A stretch of 35,917 nucleotides of DNA from Desulfuromonadaceae bacterium (GCA_049696195.1 JBAVTM010000108.1:1-35917), one strand, 5' to 3'; shown: positions 8,902-17,001, numbered from the stretch's first letter. The notes: a model not told the origin generated them from the letters alone. Numbers and translations: made by a program.

Positions 8902-8948
8902 GGTGTGCCTGGAGCGATTCGACCGCCCGACCTACGGATTCGTAGTCC
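8901..8948 (-). pseudogene. Displaced 3' half of tRNA-Arg(ACG) (att-like direct repeat)
   Basis: 46/48 identity to 11727-11774 in the same orientation, from the CCA end to the anticodon stem. There is no 5' acceptor strand or D arm, and the T-loop is mutated. Confidence 0.85.
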
Positions 8949-9074
8949 ATAGATTGTTCCGCCTCAGTCGGAGCCTCTTCTGATGTAAAGCTTCATGACC
9001 GGGTCCCAAGGGGGACGCTACTTCTGACGTCAGCTGCCGGTTGTCACTGCTTCCGGTCGTTGCGGACAGGTTGG

Positions 9075-9533
9075 TCATGGCCCGCCATCGTCGTAGGCGG
9101 TGGCCACGTTGTTCCCCGTGTCCGATTCCAGGCTCGCAGTTCCAATGTTACTCGTCATCCCCCCTGCGGCGGCAAGGTCGATGGCATCCGCTTCGGCATG
9201 GGAGAAGAGAGCCAGGAGCGTGTAATCGTAAGTCGTTTCAGCGCCGGAAACCATATTCGGGGCTGAGTCGGCAGAGGCGGCAAGGTCGACGGCATCCGCT
9301 CCGGCAGGACAGAAAATATACAGAAGCGTATAATCAAAGGTCGTGTCGACGTCGGAAACCACATTCGGTGCTAAGCCGGCAGAGGCCGGGTCCACAATTC
9401 CTGGGTTCCCGCTAATGCCCGGCTCACTGATAGCGGATACCTCCGTCCGATTTTCGGTAGCACCCGCCATTGCAATGCTGCTCATGGCAAGAACCAAACC
9501 CGCTGCTGCGATTACTGCGATAAACTTTTTCAT
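9075..9533 (-). CDS. Secreted hypothetical protein with two 36-aa tandem repeats
   Basis: Signal peptide MKKFIAVIAAAGLVLAMSSIAMAGA. AAGGAG lies 7 nt upstream of the ATG. The repeats APNVVSDVDTTFDYTLLYIF..ADAVDLAA and APNMVSGAETTYDYTLLALF..ADAIDLAA match at 22 of 36 positions by hand alignment. Confidence 0.75.
   Translation of the reverse strand: MKKFIAVIAAAGLVLAMSSIAMAGATENRTEVSAISEPGISGNPGIVDPASAGLAPNVVSDVDTTFDYTLLYIFCPAGADAVDLAASADSAPNMVSGAETTYDYTLLALFSHAEADAIDLAAAGGMTSNIGTASLESDTGNNVATAYDDGGP
9168..9383. repeat. Two tandem 108-bp units (coding repeat)
   Basis: Both units start GGCGGCAAGGTCGAYGGCATCCGCT and end CGGCAGA. The period of 108 bp equals 36 codons. Confidence 0.8.
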
Positions 9534-9593
9534 GACCCGTCTCCTTTTGTATCAGTTACTGCTTCATGATACTGAGTTAGACTTCGTGACCGT

Positions 9594-9619
9594 ACGTTAC
9601 ACGTCGGTGCGTGTAACGT
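9594..9619 (-). promoter_or_regulatory. Perfect 10-bp stem hairpin in the predicted leader of the repeat-protein gene
   Basis: ACGTTACACG-tcggtg-CGTGTAACGT. It shares the TGTAACG motif also found at 9741-9747 and 9778-9784. Confidence 0.3.
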
Positions 9620-9678
9620 CGCGACTTTCCGGCAGTGTACCAAGCAGGTACGGAACAGGCTGCTTTGACTAATATATA

Positions 9679-9693
9679 TCAAAATTTGTGCCA
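9679..9693 (-). promoter_or_regulatory. Sigma54-type -24/-12 promoter candidate
   Basis: The minus strand reads TGGCAC-aaatt-TTGA (consensus TGGCAC-N5-TTGC). It lies about 145 nt upstream of the ATG at 9533, and the upstream neighbour encodes a sigma54 activator. Confidence 0.45.
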
Positions 9694-9862
9694 AGAAACA
9701 TAAACTGTTATTTTACGGTGAGTTATACATATGAGGCGGCTGTAACGGACTGGAATAATGTCTCTGCGGGGTACATATGTAACGCTACGGAGCAGTTCAT
9801 TGGAGGGAAAAAACGAAAATTACTCTAAATCCGGGAGTCAATACGCCATGATCTACGACTGC

Positions 9863-11299
9863 TCATCGATAGAACTTGTTGCGGCTGACATTGAGGAGGG
9901 AGGCAGCCTGGGACTTGTTGCCCTTGCACCATTCCAGAGTGATGTCAAGCACCCGGCGGGTGACCGCTTCCATGGAGATCATGTCCGGTTTAAACGCAAA
10001 GTGATAGGCAATGGCGCCGCCTGCCGGCAGATCAGTTTCGGTATTCGTCCCGACGCTGCCGGTACCCCCGCTGGTGCAGATGCAAAGGTGCTCGGGTTGG
10101 ATCAGTCCGTCACAAACTATGGCGGCGCGCTCCAGACAGTTGCGGAGTTCCCGGATGTTGCCGGGCCATCGGTAGGCAATTAGTTCATCGAGGGCTTTCT
10201 GCGAAATACCGGGAAGCGACTTTCCCTGATGTTGCCTAAAAACACCGAGGAAGTGGTCAACGAGAAGCAAAATATCGTCGCGGCGCTCCCGAAGAGGCGG
10301 GATGGTGATGGGAAATATGTTGATGCGATGGAAAAGATCTTCCCGGAAGCGGCCGGCTGCGATCATTTCAGGGAGGTTCCGGTTGGTGGCGACAATGACC
10401 CGGCAATTGACCGGGATGGTTTCGTTGGAACCGACCTTTTCGAAGGTCCGCTCTTCTAGGACACGCAGCAGTTTGGCCTGCAACCCCAGCGGCATATCGC
10501 CAATCTCGTCGAGCAAAAGGGTGCCACCCTGCGCCTGACTGAATTTACCCTCCCGCTCACGGTCGGCTCCGGTGAACGCGCCCCGCACATGTCCGAACAG
10601 TTCGCTCTCCAGCAGCGCTTCAGGTATTGCAGCGCAGTTAACCGCCACGAATCCCGGCCTGCCGCCGCCTTCAACGTGGATGGCGCGGGAAAGGACCTCT
10701 TTGCCACAGCCGCTTTCCCCATAAATCACAACCGTTGTCAGGGGAGAGGCGGCGACCCGGACTGCCAGTTCCAGTTCTTTCTTCATCACCGGGCACGTGG
10801 TAATAATATCCTGAAATTTGAATCTATCCTTCAGGGCCGCTTCAAGTTCCCGGTTTTTCCCTTCGAGGCTTGCCTTGCTCTGCTGCAGCATTTCGTTCAG
10901 TCTCATCGTTTCTGCATGCCTCTTGAACTCGAGCAGGTTGCTAACACGTAATTGAAGCTCGATATCTTCAACCGGTTTTTCAAGAAAATCGTTGGCTCCA
11001 GCCCTGAGGCACCGTAACTTGGCATTTTTGTCCGGGTGGCTAGTCAGCATGATTACAGGAATCTGGCATGTCAATTCCGTATTTTTCAGTATCCTGCAGG
11101 TCTCGGCACCATCCAGCTCCGGCATCAACACGTCGAGAATGACAAGATCGGGGGTTATATTTATAGCCAGTTCGATAGCCTCTTTTCCGTTTACAGCGGT
11201 GTACAGAATGTACTGGTCACAAGACAATAAGCGAGACAACAGCTTTAGATTCAGCTCTTCATCGTCCACAATGAGAATCTTGTAAGTCTCGTTTGTCAT
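9863..11299 (-). CDS. Sigma54-dependent response regulator (REC, AAA+ and Fis-type HTH domains)
   Basis: Receiver domain (ILIVDDEE, VILDVLMPELDG, FLEKP), a coiled linker, Walker A GESGCGKE, the GAFTGA motif, a RELRN block and a C-terminal HTH. No cognate kinase gene is adjacent. Confidence 0.9.
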   Translation of the reverse strand: MTNETYKILIVDDEELNLKLLSRLLSCDQYILYTAVNGKEAIELAINITPDLVILDVLMPELDGAETCRILKNTELTCQIPVIMLTSHPDKNAKLRCLRAGANDFLEKPVEDIELQLRVSNLLEFKRHAETMRLNEMLQQSKASLEGKNRELEAALKDRFKFQDIITTCPVMKKELELAVRVAASPLTTVVIYGESGCGKEVLSRAIHVEGGGRPGFVAVNCAAIPEALLESELFGHVRGAFTGADREREGKFSQAQGGTLLLDEIGDMPLGLQAKLLRVLEERTFEKVGSNETIPVNCRVIVATNRNLPEMIAAGRFREDLFHRINIFPITIPPLRERRDDILLLVDHFLGVFRQHQGKSLPGISQKALDELIAYRWPGNIRELRNCLERAAIVCDGLIQPEHLCICTSGGTGSVGTNTETDLPAGGAIAYHFAFKPDMISMEAVTRRVLDITLEWCKGNKSQAASLLNVSRNKFYR

Positions 11300-11611
11300 A
11301 TTATGGCACCTCTATGGAGTAGTCTTTGTATCTTTCACAGACGCCCGCAGGTAAACAGTTTGGACGCGACACATGAACTCAGTTAGGCACACGCCGTTGT
11401 CAATATAATTGAAAGATTGAACTATCCAACATTCCGGATGGTTCAATCATGACACCTCCCAGCATCAGCATCGACATCGCTTAGAAACACATAATTTTAT
11501 TAGCACGTTTTTCAGGATTGTTAAAGTTATGCGACCTTAACTGAGGACTGAAAAGAAAGGTGACCGATTTAGACCGAATAAATATTGAACCGCCACTGGA
11601 CCGAACACAAA

Positions 11612-11650
11612 ACAGCCCCTCCGCATGGTGCGGAAGGGCTGTTATTTTCT
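11612..11650 (-). terminator. Second hairpin terminator downstream of tRNA-Arg
   Basis: 13-bp stem ACAGCCCCTCCGC/GCGGAAGGGCTGT. The single mismatch becomes a G-U pair on the minus strand. T-rich sequence follows on both strands. Confidence 0.5.
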
Positions 11651-11681
11651 TACATTGCGGCCGACTGGAGCCTTTAACCAG

Positions 11682-11719
11682 CTAAAAATAAAGGACCTGA
11701 CATATTTCTGTCAGGTCCT
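11682..11719 (-). terminator. Rho-independent terminator of tRNA-Arg
   Basis: Perfect 11-bp stem AGGACCTGACA/TGTCAGGTCCT with a 6-nt loop, followed on the minus strand by ttattttt. It lies 7 nt from the tRNA 3' end. Confidence 0.65.
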
Positions 11720-11726
11720 GAAATTT

Positions 11727-11803
11727 TGGTGCGCCTGGAGCGATTCGAACGCCCGACCTACGGATTCGTAGTCCGTTGCTCTATCCAGCTGAGCTACAAG
11801 CGC
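11727..11803 (-). tRNA. tRNA-Arg (anticodon ACG), CCA encoded
   Basis: The reverse complement folds as a cloverleaf: acceptor GCGCUUG/CAGGCGC, D arm GCUC-AGCUGGAUA-GAGC, anticodon arm ACGGA-CUACGAA-UCCGU, and T arm GGGCG-UUCGAAU-CGCUC. Confidence 0.95.
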
Positions 11804-11957
11804 ATTAGAATAGGCTTTATAGCGCACAATTCAAATCATTTCAACCTTTTTTTGGTCATTACTCTAAATTTCCTGATTTTATCCTACCCTGTTGTGGCGT
11901 TTTCGGGTATTCTGAAAAGTCGAAAACTGTCATATATTTATCTTGAAGGCGTAATTA

Positions 11958-12275
11958 ATGGAACATTTCATCATGGAGATCAGCGAAACCGACATCAAAC
12001 GGGAACGGGAGAAGTCAAGGGAACTCCGCAAGAGCCGCTGGTGGCAAAATCGCCTGGCCCTTGGTGTGTGCCACTATTGTGGTGAGCATTTCCCTCCGGA
12101 AGAGCTGACCATGGATCATCTGGTTCCCGTATCCCGCGGCGGCAAGGCCTCTCGTAACAATGTTGTTCCGGCCTGCAAAGAGTGCAACAGCCGCAAAAAA
12201 TATCTGCTCCCGATTGAGTGGGAAGAATTCATCAACAGACATGAGGGTCCAGCACCGGAGCCAACGAGTGAGTGA
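11958..12275 (+). CDS. Small HNH endonuclease
   Basis: CHYCG...DHLVPVSRGG...NVVPACKECNSRK, the HNH/zinc-ribbon signature. The ATG at 11973 is an alternative start. Confidence 0.8.
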   Translation: MEHFIMEISETDIKREREKSRELRKSRWWQNRLALGVCHYCGEHFPPEELTMDHLVPVSRGGKASRNNVVPACKECNSRKKYLLPIEWEEFINRHEGPAPEPTSE

Positions 12276-12909
12276 TTTGAAAAGCCGCTATAAAGTCGTC
12301 ATCTATGACTGTGATGGCGTGATCCTGGATTCAATCGAATCGAACTATGTTTTCTACAACAGCGTCATGGGTTTTCTGGGAAGGCCGGAAATCGACAGGG
12401 ACAACAGTGAAGCCAGAAGGGTGCTCCACACCTATTCGTTTAATGCCGTGATGGATTATTTTTTCACCGGAGATCCGCAACGGGAAGATGCCCTCAGTTT
12501 TGCCAAAACCATTCGTTATCGCGATCTGATGCCCTACATGAGGATTGAAGACGGCTTTGTCAGCGCCCTTGACCAGCTGAAAGGGCACACGTCCCTGGCA
12601 ATATGCACCAATCGGGCGACGTCGATGGATATGATTATTGAGGATTTCGGACTGACCGGCTATTTTGAATACGTCATGACGGCGTCACAGGTCACTCACC
12701 CAAAGCCGCACCCTGAACCGCTCTTGAAAGTGCTGGATTACTTCGAAGTCAAGCCGGAAGAGGCTCTCTTTATCGGCGATGGCGAGGTAGACATGCAGGC
12801 TGCCAACAGCGCCGGCGTGCCGTTCATTTCCTACAAATCCGATCTGCCGGCCCTCGCCCGTATCCAGCACCACGCCGAAATCGTTCGGCATGTTTTTTCA
12901 GCACAATAA
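12241..12909 (+). CDS. HAD-superfamily hydrolase (phosphatase-like)
   Basis: Motif I VVIYDCDGVILDS, motif II CTNR and motif IV GDGEVDMQAA. The start is uncertain: ATG 12241 overlaps the HNH gene, and GTG 12268 or TTG 12277 are alternatives. Confidence 0.8.
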   Translation: MRVQHRSQRVSDLKSRYKVVIYDCDGVILDSIESNYVFYNSVMGFLGRPEIDRDNSEARRVLHTYSFNAVMDYFFTGDPQREDALSFAKTIRYRDLMPYMRIEDGFVSALDQLKGHTSLAICTNRATSMDMIIEDFGLTGYFEYVMTASQVTHPKPHPEPLLKVLDYFEVKPEEALFIGDGEVDMQAANSAGVPFISYKSDLPALARIQHHAEIVRHVFSAQ

Positions 12910-12945
12910 AAAACTCCGGGGTCGTTACCGCCCCGGAGTTTTTTT
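12910..12945. terminator. Bidirectional Rho-independent terminator
   Basis: aaaaaCTCCGGGG-9 nt-CCCCGGAGttttttt between convergent genes. Confidence 0.75.
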
Positions 12946-12971
12946 ACGCCCGATCGGTGTAGCTCCGCCCC

Positions 12972-13538
12972 TTATCTCACCAGTTTTGACAGTTTTCTGA
13001 ATTCATCCGTCCCGGCTACCTTCAACAGCTGAAACAGAACAGATTCCGTGCAGGTCGGAATCGCCCCGGCAAGGGTCATCGCCTGCACGGCGGTCTGCCA
13101 GTTCTGCTTGCTCCGGCTCATGACAGCATCCCTGACGATATGGACATCAAAACCGGCTTCACGAAGCTCAATAACCGTCTGTAGAACGCAGACATGGGTT
13201 TCCATGCCGGTGATGATCACCTGCGTCCGGCCGGTCGACTTGAGAGCATCGACAAATTCGGCGCTGCCGCAACTGCTGAAGGCCATCTTTTCGTAGCATG
13301 GTGCTGATGCCGCCTTTTCCTTCAGCTCCGGCAGAGTCGCCCCCAACCCCTTGACATACTGCTCGGTCACCAGGACCGGAATATCCAGTTCGGCGGCACC
13401 CTCCAGCAGGATCCCGATGTTTTTCACAAGCTGTTTCAGCACCACGTCATTCATTGCAACGCACAGTTTTTCCTGCACATCGATTACCGCCAGCACCGCC
13501 TTGTTTCGTTCCAGAAAAAAACTGTCTTTGATTGACAT
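12972..13538 (-). CDS. Isochorismatase-family cysteine hydrolase
   Basis: AVIDVQEK (Asp), a conserved Lys, and ITGMETHVCVLQT (Cys) form the catalytic triad pattern. GGAGGAGAGGG lies upstream of the ATG at 13538. Confidence 0.85.
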   Translation of the reverse strand: MSIKDSFFLERNKAVLAVIDVQEKLCVAMNDVVLKQLVKNIGILLEGAAELDIPVLVTEQYVKGLGATLPELKEKAASAPCYEKMAFSSCGSAEFVDALKSTGRTQVIITGMETHVCVLQTVIELREAGFDVHIVRDAVMSRSKQNWQTAVQAMTLAGAIPTCTESVLFQLLKVAGTDEFRKLSKLVR

Positions 13539-13574
13539 GGCTCTTCCCTCTCCTCCCATGATGAAACGGGTTGT

Positions 13575-13602
13575 TCCTGACGCTCCCCATGGAGCGTCAG
13601 GA
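13575..13602. other. Perfect 12-bp stem hairpin centred on CCATGG, with no U tail
   Basis: TCCTGACGCTCC-ccat-GGAGCGTCAGGA in the 78-nt gap between tpx and the isochorismatase gene (same strand). Confidence 0.5.
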
Positions 13603-13616
13603 CATAAAAACTGATG

Positions 13617-14132
13617 CTACAGCAGTGATTTTGCCGCTGCAATAGCCGCCGCATAATCGGGCTCTCCGGTGACTTCGGGAACGATCTGGATGTAGCGGAT
13701 GATACCGGCTGCGTCAACGACAAAAACGGCACGAGTCAGCAGCAGCAGCTCCTTGATCAGCACCCCGTATCCAAGTCCGAAAGAACGGTCGCGATAGTCG
13801 GAAAGGGTAACAACCTTGTCGATTCCGGCGGCACCACACCACCGCTTCTGGGCAAAGGGAAGATCAAGGCTGACAGTCAGCACCACGACATTCCCCGGCA
13901 GTGAAGCCGCTTCCTGATTGAAACGGCGGGTTTCGGTGTCGCAGACGGGGGTATCGAGTGATGGTACCGCACTGATTATCCTGATTTTGCCGGCATAGCT
14001 TGAGAGCGTCACGGCAGCGAGACCGTTGTCAACAACGGCAAAGTCGGGAGCAGCATCACCCACCTTGAGCCCTGGGCCCAACAGGGTCATCGGGTTTCCT
14101 TTAAACGTAATAATTCCTGTCTTCTCATTCAT
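13617..14132 (-). CDS. tpx: Thiol peroxidase
   Basis: Full-length match to the Tpx pattern: GDAAPDF, SAVPSLDTPVCDTETRRFN and FAQKRWC. Confidence 0.95.
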   Translation of the reverse strand: MNEKTGIITFKGNPMTLLGPGLKVGDAAPDFAVVDNGLAAVTLSSYAGKIRIISAVPSLDTPVCDTETRRFNQEAASLPGNVVVLTVSLDLPFAQKRWCGAAGIDKVVTLSDYRDRSFGLGYGVLIKELLLLTRAVFVVDAAGIIRYIQIVPEVTGEPDYAAAIAAAKSLL

Positions 14133-14794
14133 GATCGATCCTCCTCGTCAAGTTCTACCATTTCTGGCAGTCTGCACAATTCTTCACCGGTTGCGCCACC
14201 ATCCAGCAGAGACAACAATTGCGTCACCAGTCGATAGGTGATTCCCCACAGCACCGGTTTGTTATCAACCGGAAGCAGAATAGCCGGCACTTCAAGGCGC
14301 CTCTGGTCAAATGCGACACTGCTCTGCAGATGCCGGGCCGGGTCACGCAGGTCGGAAAGCGTGACCCAGAACAGGTCCCGCACCTCTTCGTTCAGGACCG
14401 GACGAAAACGCTGCCGGTCAACGCCAAACAGGCAACATGAAACCCTCACCGGCAGGTTGGCCCCGATGATATCGGAAAGCCGCCCCAGATAACGACCCTG
14501 TCCCAGATCAATCCCGATTTCTTCATGCGTTTCCCGGCAGGCCGCCTGACACTCCATCTCACCCTCTTCCAGCTTGCCGCCCGGAAAGGCGATATGTCCC
14601 GACCAGGGGTCTCGGTGATGAGCGGCGCGCTGAATAAACAGGATTTCAACATCATCGGCGGCCTGATGCAGTATCATGGCGACCGAAGCGCGCGTGCGGT
14701 CACAGTACGGCAAGTCAAATTCCCTCTCTCGACACGCCAGCCTTTCAGCAATCCGATCAAACGACCAGCGGTGCTGGTTTGCGACTCCGTTCAT
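14129..14794 (-). CDS. NUDIX hydrolase, CoA pyrophosphatase-like
   Basis: Nudix box GGKLEEGEMECQAACRETHEEIGI preceded by LFIQRAAHHRDPWSGHIAFPGG. The stop overlaps the tpx start (ATGA). The ATG at 14794 has GGAGG 11 nt upstream; 14803 and 14863 are alternatives. Confidence 0.8.
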   Translation of the reverse strand: MNGVANQHRWSFDRIAERLACREREFDLPYCDRTRASVAMILHQAADDVEILFIQRAAHHRDPWSGHIAFPGGKLEEGEMECQAACRETHEEIGIDLGQGRYLGRLSDIIGANLPVRVSCCLFGVDRQRFRPVLNEEVRDLFWVTLSDLRDPARHLQSSVAFDQRRLEVPAILLPVDNKPVLWGITYRLVTQLLSLLDGGATGEELCRLPEMVELDEEDRS

Positions 14795-15126
14795 GCAGCT
14801 CATTTCCTCCGCTCTTGGAAGTATACCACTATCCTCTCCATATAAAGCGCAACCGTCAAGCACAAATTGTGGTACGATCCGCCATGACTATCGGCATATT
14901 ATTTGCTGTCTTCCTGCAATTTCATATCTTCGCAGATGGTTATCCGGACGATTAGCCCGTTATCGCCCTTTATTGATGCAACATTATCCTGCGTAGCCCT
15001 GCCGATCCGCCTGCAGGATGAGCAGCTGTTTTTCCGTCATTTTTGGCTGCTTTTGAACGAGGTCCGTCTTTAGACTTTATTCTTCACACTGATTCAAATA
15101 GTTTACCAATGGATTGATTTCTCGCT

Positions 15127-15915
15127 ATGTCTACCTTCAAAGTTTTTTCACTGCTGTTTTTAGTTGCGCTTGTCAGCTGTTTCCCTTGTGCCGCATCTGC
15201 AGAGGAAAGCGGTTTTAGCTGGCCGATATCCTGTGTCCCCGGAATTGACTGTGCCGGGACACACTTCCGAATCGGCTATCCGGACGTCGGGGGTACCGGC
15301 CTCTCCTTCGCCTGCAGCAAGCCAGGATATCTTGGACACCAGGGAACCGATATCGTCGTTTCATCGGTCGAACAGGGGGTACGCGCTCTGGCTGCCGCAG
15401 ACGGCGTAGTTCGGTGGACAAAAGACGGGCTATACGACCATTGTCCGAGCGATACCAACCATGACTGCGACGAGCAGGAAAAAAGCGAACTGCCGTCGCG
15501 GAGTGGCAACGGCGCGACACTGGGCTTCAATGCCGGCAACTTTGTCGTTGTCGAACACACACTTAACGACACCCGCTACCTGACACTGTATGCCCATCTC
15601 CGTAAGGGTTCGCTGACGGTCGCACCGGGGGAGAAAATCGTGCGGGGGCAACATCTCGGCGATGTCGCCAGCTCCGGAAATTCTCAGATTCCGCACCTGC
15701 ATTTCGGTGTCTATAAAGCAGAAGGGGCGATGTATCGTCCGGTTGATCCCTGGAAAGGCGCCTGCAACACCAGCAGTGACGGATTATGGGCTTCCGTGAT
15801 CCCCTATCGCTCCGAAGATCTCCTGCTGGCACATCCGGCAGACAGCCAGACCAATGACTCCGAAGTACATATGCAAGCCATTCAGCGCAGTTTGCCAAAG
15901 AAGCTTTTCTATTAG
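15127..15915 (+). CDS. Secreted M23-family metallopeptidase
   Basis: Signal peptide, HQGTDI, and the GNSQIPHLHFGV zinc-binding motifs. Confidence 0.85.
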   Translation: MSTFKVFSLLFLVALVSCFPCAASAEESGFSWPISCVPGIDCAGTHFRIGYPDVGGTGLSFACSKPGYLGHQGTDIVVSSVEQGVRALAAADGVVRWTKDGLYDHCPSDTNHDCDEQEKSELPSRSGNGATLGFNAGNFVVVEHTLNDTRYLTLYAHLRKGSLTVAPGEKIVRGQHLGDVASSGNSQIPHLHFGVYKAEGAMYRPVDPWKGACNTSSDGLWASVIPYRSEDLLLAHPADSQTNDSEVHMQAIQRSLPKKLFY

Positions 15916-15999
15916 CAAGACGTTGTCAATCTTCCTTTTTTCGCCGATTATACTTCAGCGGTTCACACCAGACCAACGCCGGAAATACCGATCATTATA

Positions 16000-17001
16000 A
16001 TGCCCATAATTTCAATCCTCATGCCGGTCCGCAACGAAGAGCGTTACCTGAAGGCAGCGCTGGACTCCCTGTACCGCCAGACCTTTTCCGACTGGGAGCT
16101 GATTGCGGTTGACGACGGCTCCAGCGACCGAACGGCCGCCATTCTTGCTGAAGCCGCCGGTCGGGACCGCCGTGTGCGGGTGATCAGGAACGGAGGGGAC
16201 GGACTGGTCGCGGCGCTCAATGCCGGCCTTGCTGCCTGCGGAGGTCCGCTGTTGGCCCGCATGGACGGTGATGACATCTGCCATCCCCGGCGGCTGGAGC
16301 TTCAGGCCGCCCATCTGGAAGCACATCCTGATACGGGGCTGGTAGCCTGCGACTTCCGCCATTTCCCGCGAACCGGTCTCAAGAACGGCATGGTCGACTA
16401 TGAAACATGGCAGAACAGCCTGACTGACCATGCTCTGGTCATCCGCGACCTGTTTGTAGAATCCCCCTTTGTCCACCCCTCCATCATGACGCGCCGAACA
16501 ATCATTGAAGAGCTGGGGGGGTACCAGGACAACGGCTGGCCGGAGGACTATGATCTCTGGCTGCGCATGGCGGCTGCCGGTATACAGTTCACCCGTTTGC
16601 CGCAAACACTCCTGTTCTGGCGTGACCACCCCGAACGCGCCACCCGCACGATGGATGAATATGCATCCCACGCCTTCCGCGCCTGCAAATGTCGTTACCT
16701 GCTGCACGGTTTTCTGTCGGCCACCCGTGATGTCGTTATTGCAGGGGCGGGAGTGGAAGCACGAGCGTGGCAGCGCGTGCTGGCTGCTTCAGAAGTGACG
16801 GTTTCCACCTGGCTGGATGTTGATCCGCGAAAGATCGGGCGCATTCTGCATAATGCACCGGTTATCTCCCCCGAAGAGCTTCATCTGAATGGCAGAAAAA
16901 TGATCGTAGCCATCGGCGTGCGCGGTGCGCGCGAACAGTTCCGGGGCGTGGCAGAAAGGCGTGGGTGGCAGGAAGGCATGGACTTTGTCTGCGTCGCATG
17001 A
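16000..17001 (+). CDS. Family 2 glycosyltransferase with C-terminal extension
   Basis: ISILMPVRNEERYL, IAVDDGSSD and ARMDGDD (DXD) blocks. Confidence 0.85.
   Translation: MPIISILMPVRNEERYLKAALDSLYRQTFSDWELIAVDDGSSDRTAAILAEAAGRDRRVRVIRNGGDGLVAALNAGLAACGGPLLARMDGDDICHPRRLELQAAHLEAHPDTGLVACDFRHFPRTGLKNGMVDYETWQNSLTDHALVIRDLFVESPFVHPSIMTRRTIIEELGGYQDNGWPEDYDLWLRMAAAGIQFTRLPQTLLFWRDHPERATRTMDEYASHAFRACKCRYLLHGFLSATRDVVIAGAGVEARAWQRVLAASEVTVSTWLDVDPRKIGRILHNAPVISPEELHLNGRKMIVAIGVRGAREQFRGVAERRGWQEGMDFVCVA

Noticed and set aside
8693-8950. ORFs 8693..8950(-), 8786..8983(+) and 11726..12085(+).
   Set aside because: They read through the tRNA fragment or the tRNA gene, giving the same ERFERPTYGFVV string in both. 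They are artefacts of translating tRNA sequence.
9168-9383. Tandem repeat considered as a CRISPR array or minisatellite.
   Set aside because: There are only two units of 108 bp with no spacers. The units are in frame within a coding sequence and about 75-80 percent identical. It is a protein-domain duplication.
9041-9415. 124-aa plus-strand ORF, extremely Arg-rich and itself repetitive.
   Set aside because: It is the antisense reading of the 108-bp coding repeat. The minus-strand ORF has a signal peptide, an SD and a promoter candidate. The plus-strand product looks like noise.
11958-12275. The HNH endonuclease next to the tRNA, considered as part of a mobile element or defence system.
   Set aside because: It lies outside the repeat-bounded segment, on the 5' side of the tRNA. 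It is a 105-aa stand-alone HNH with no partner genes such as a methylase, a terminase or another nuclease domain. It overlaps a housekeeping-type HAD gene, so it looks like core genome.
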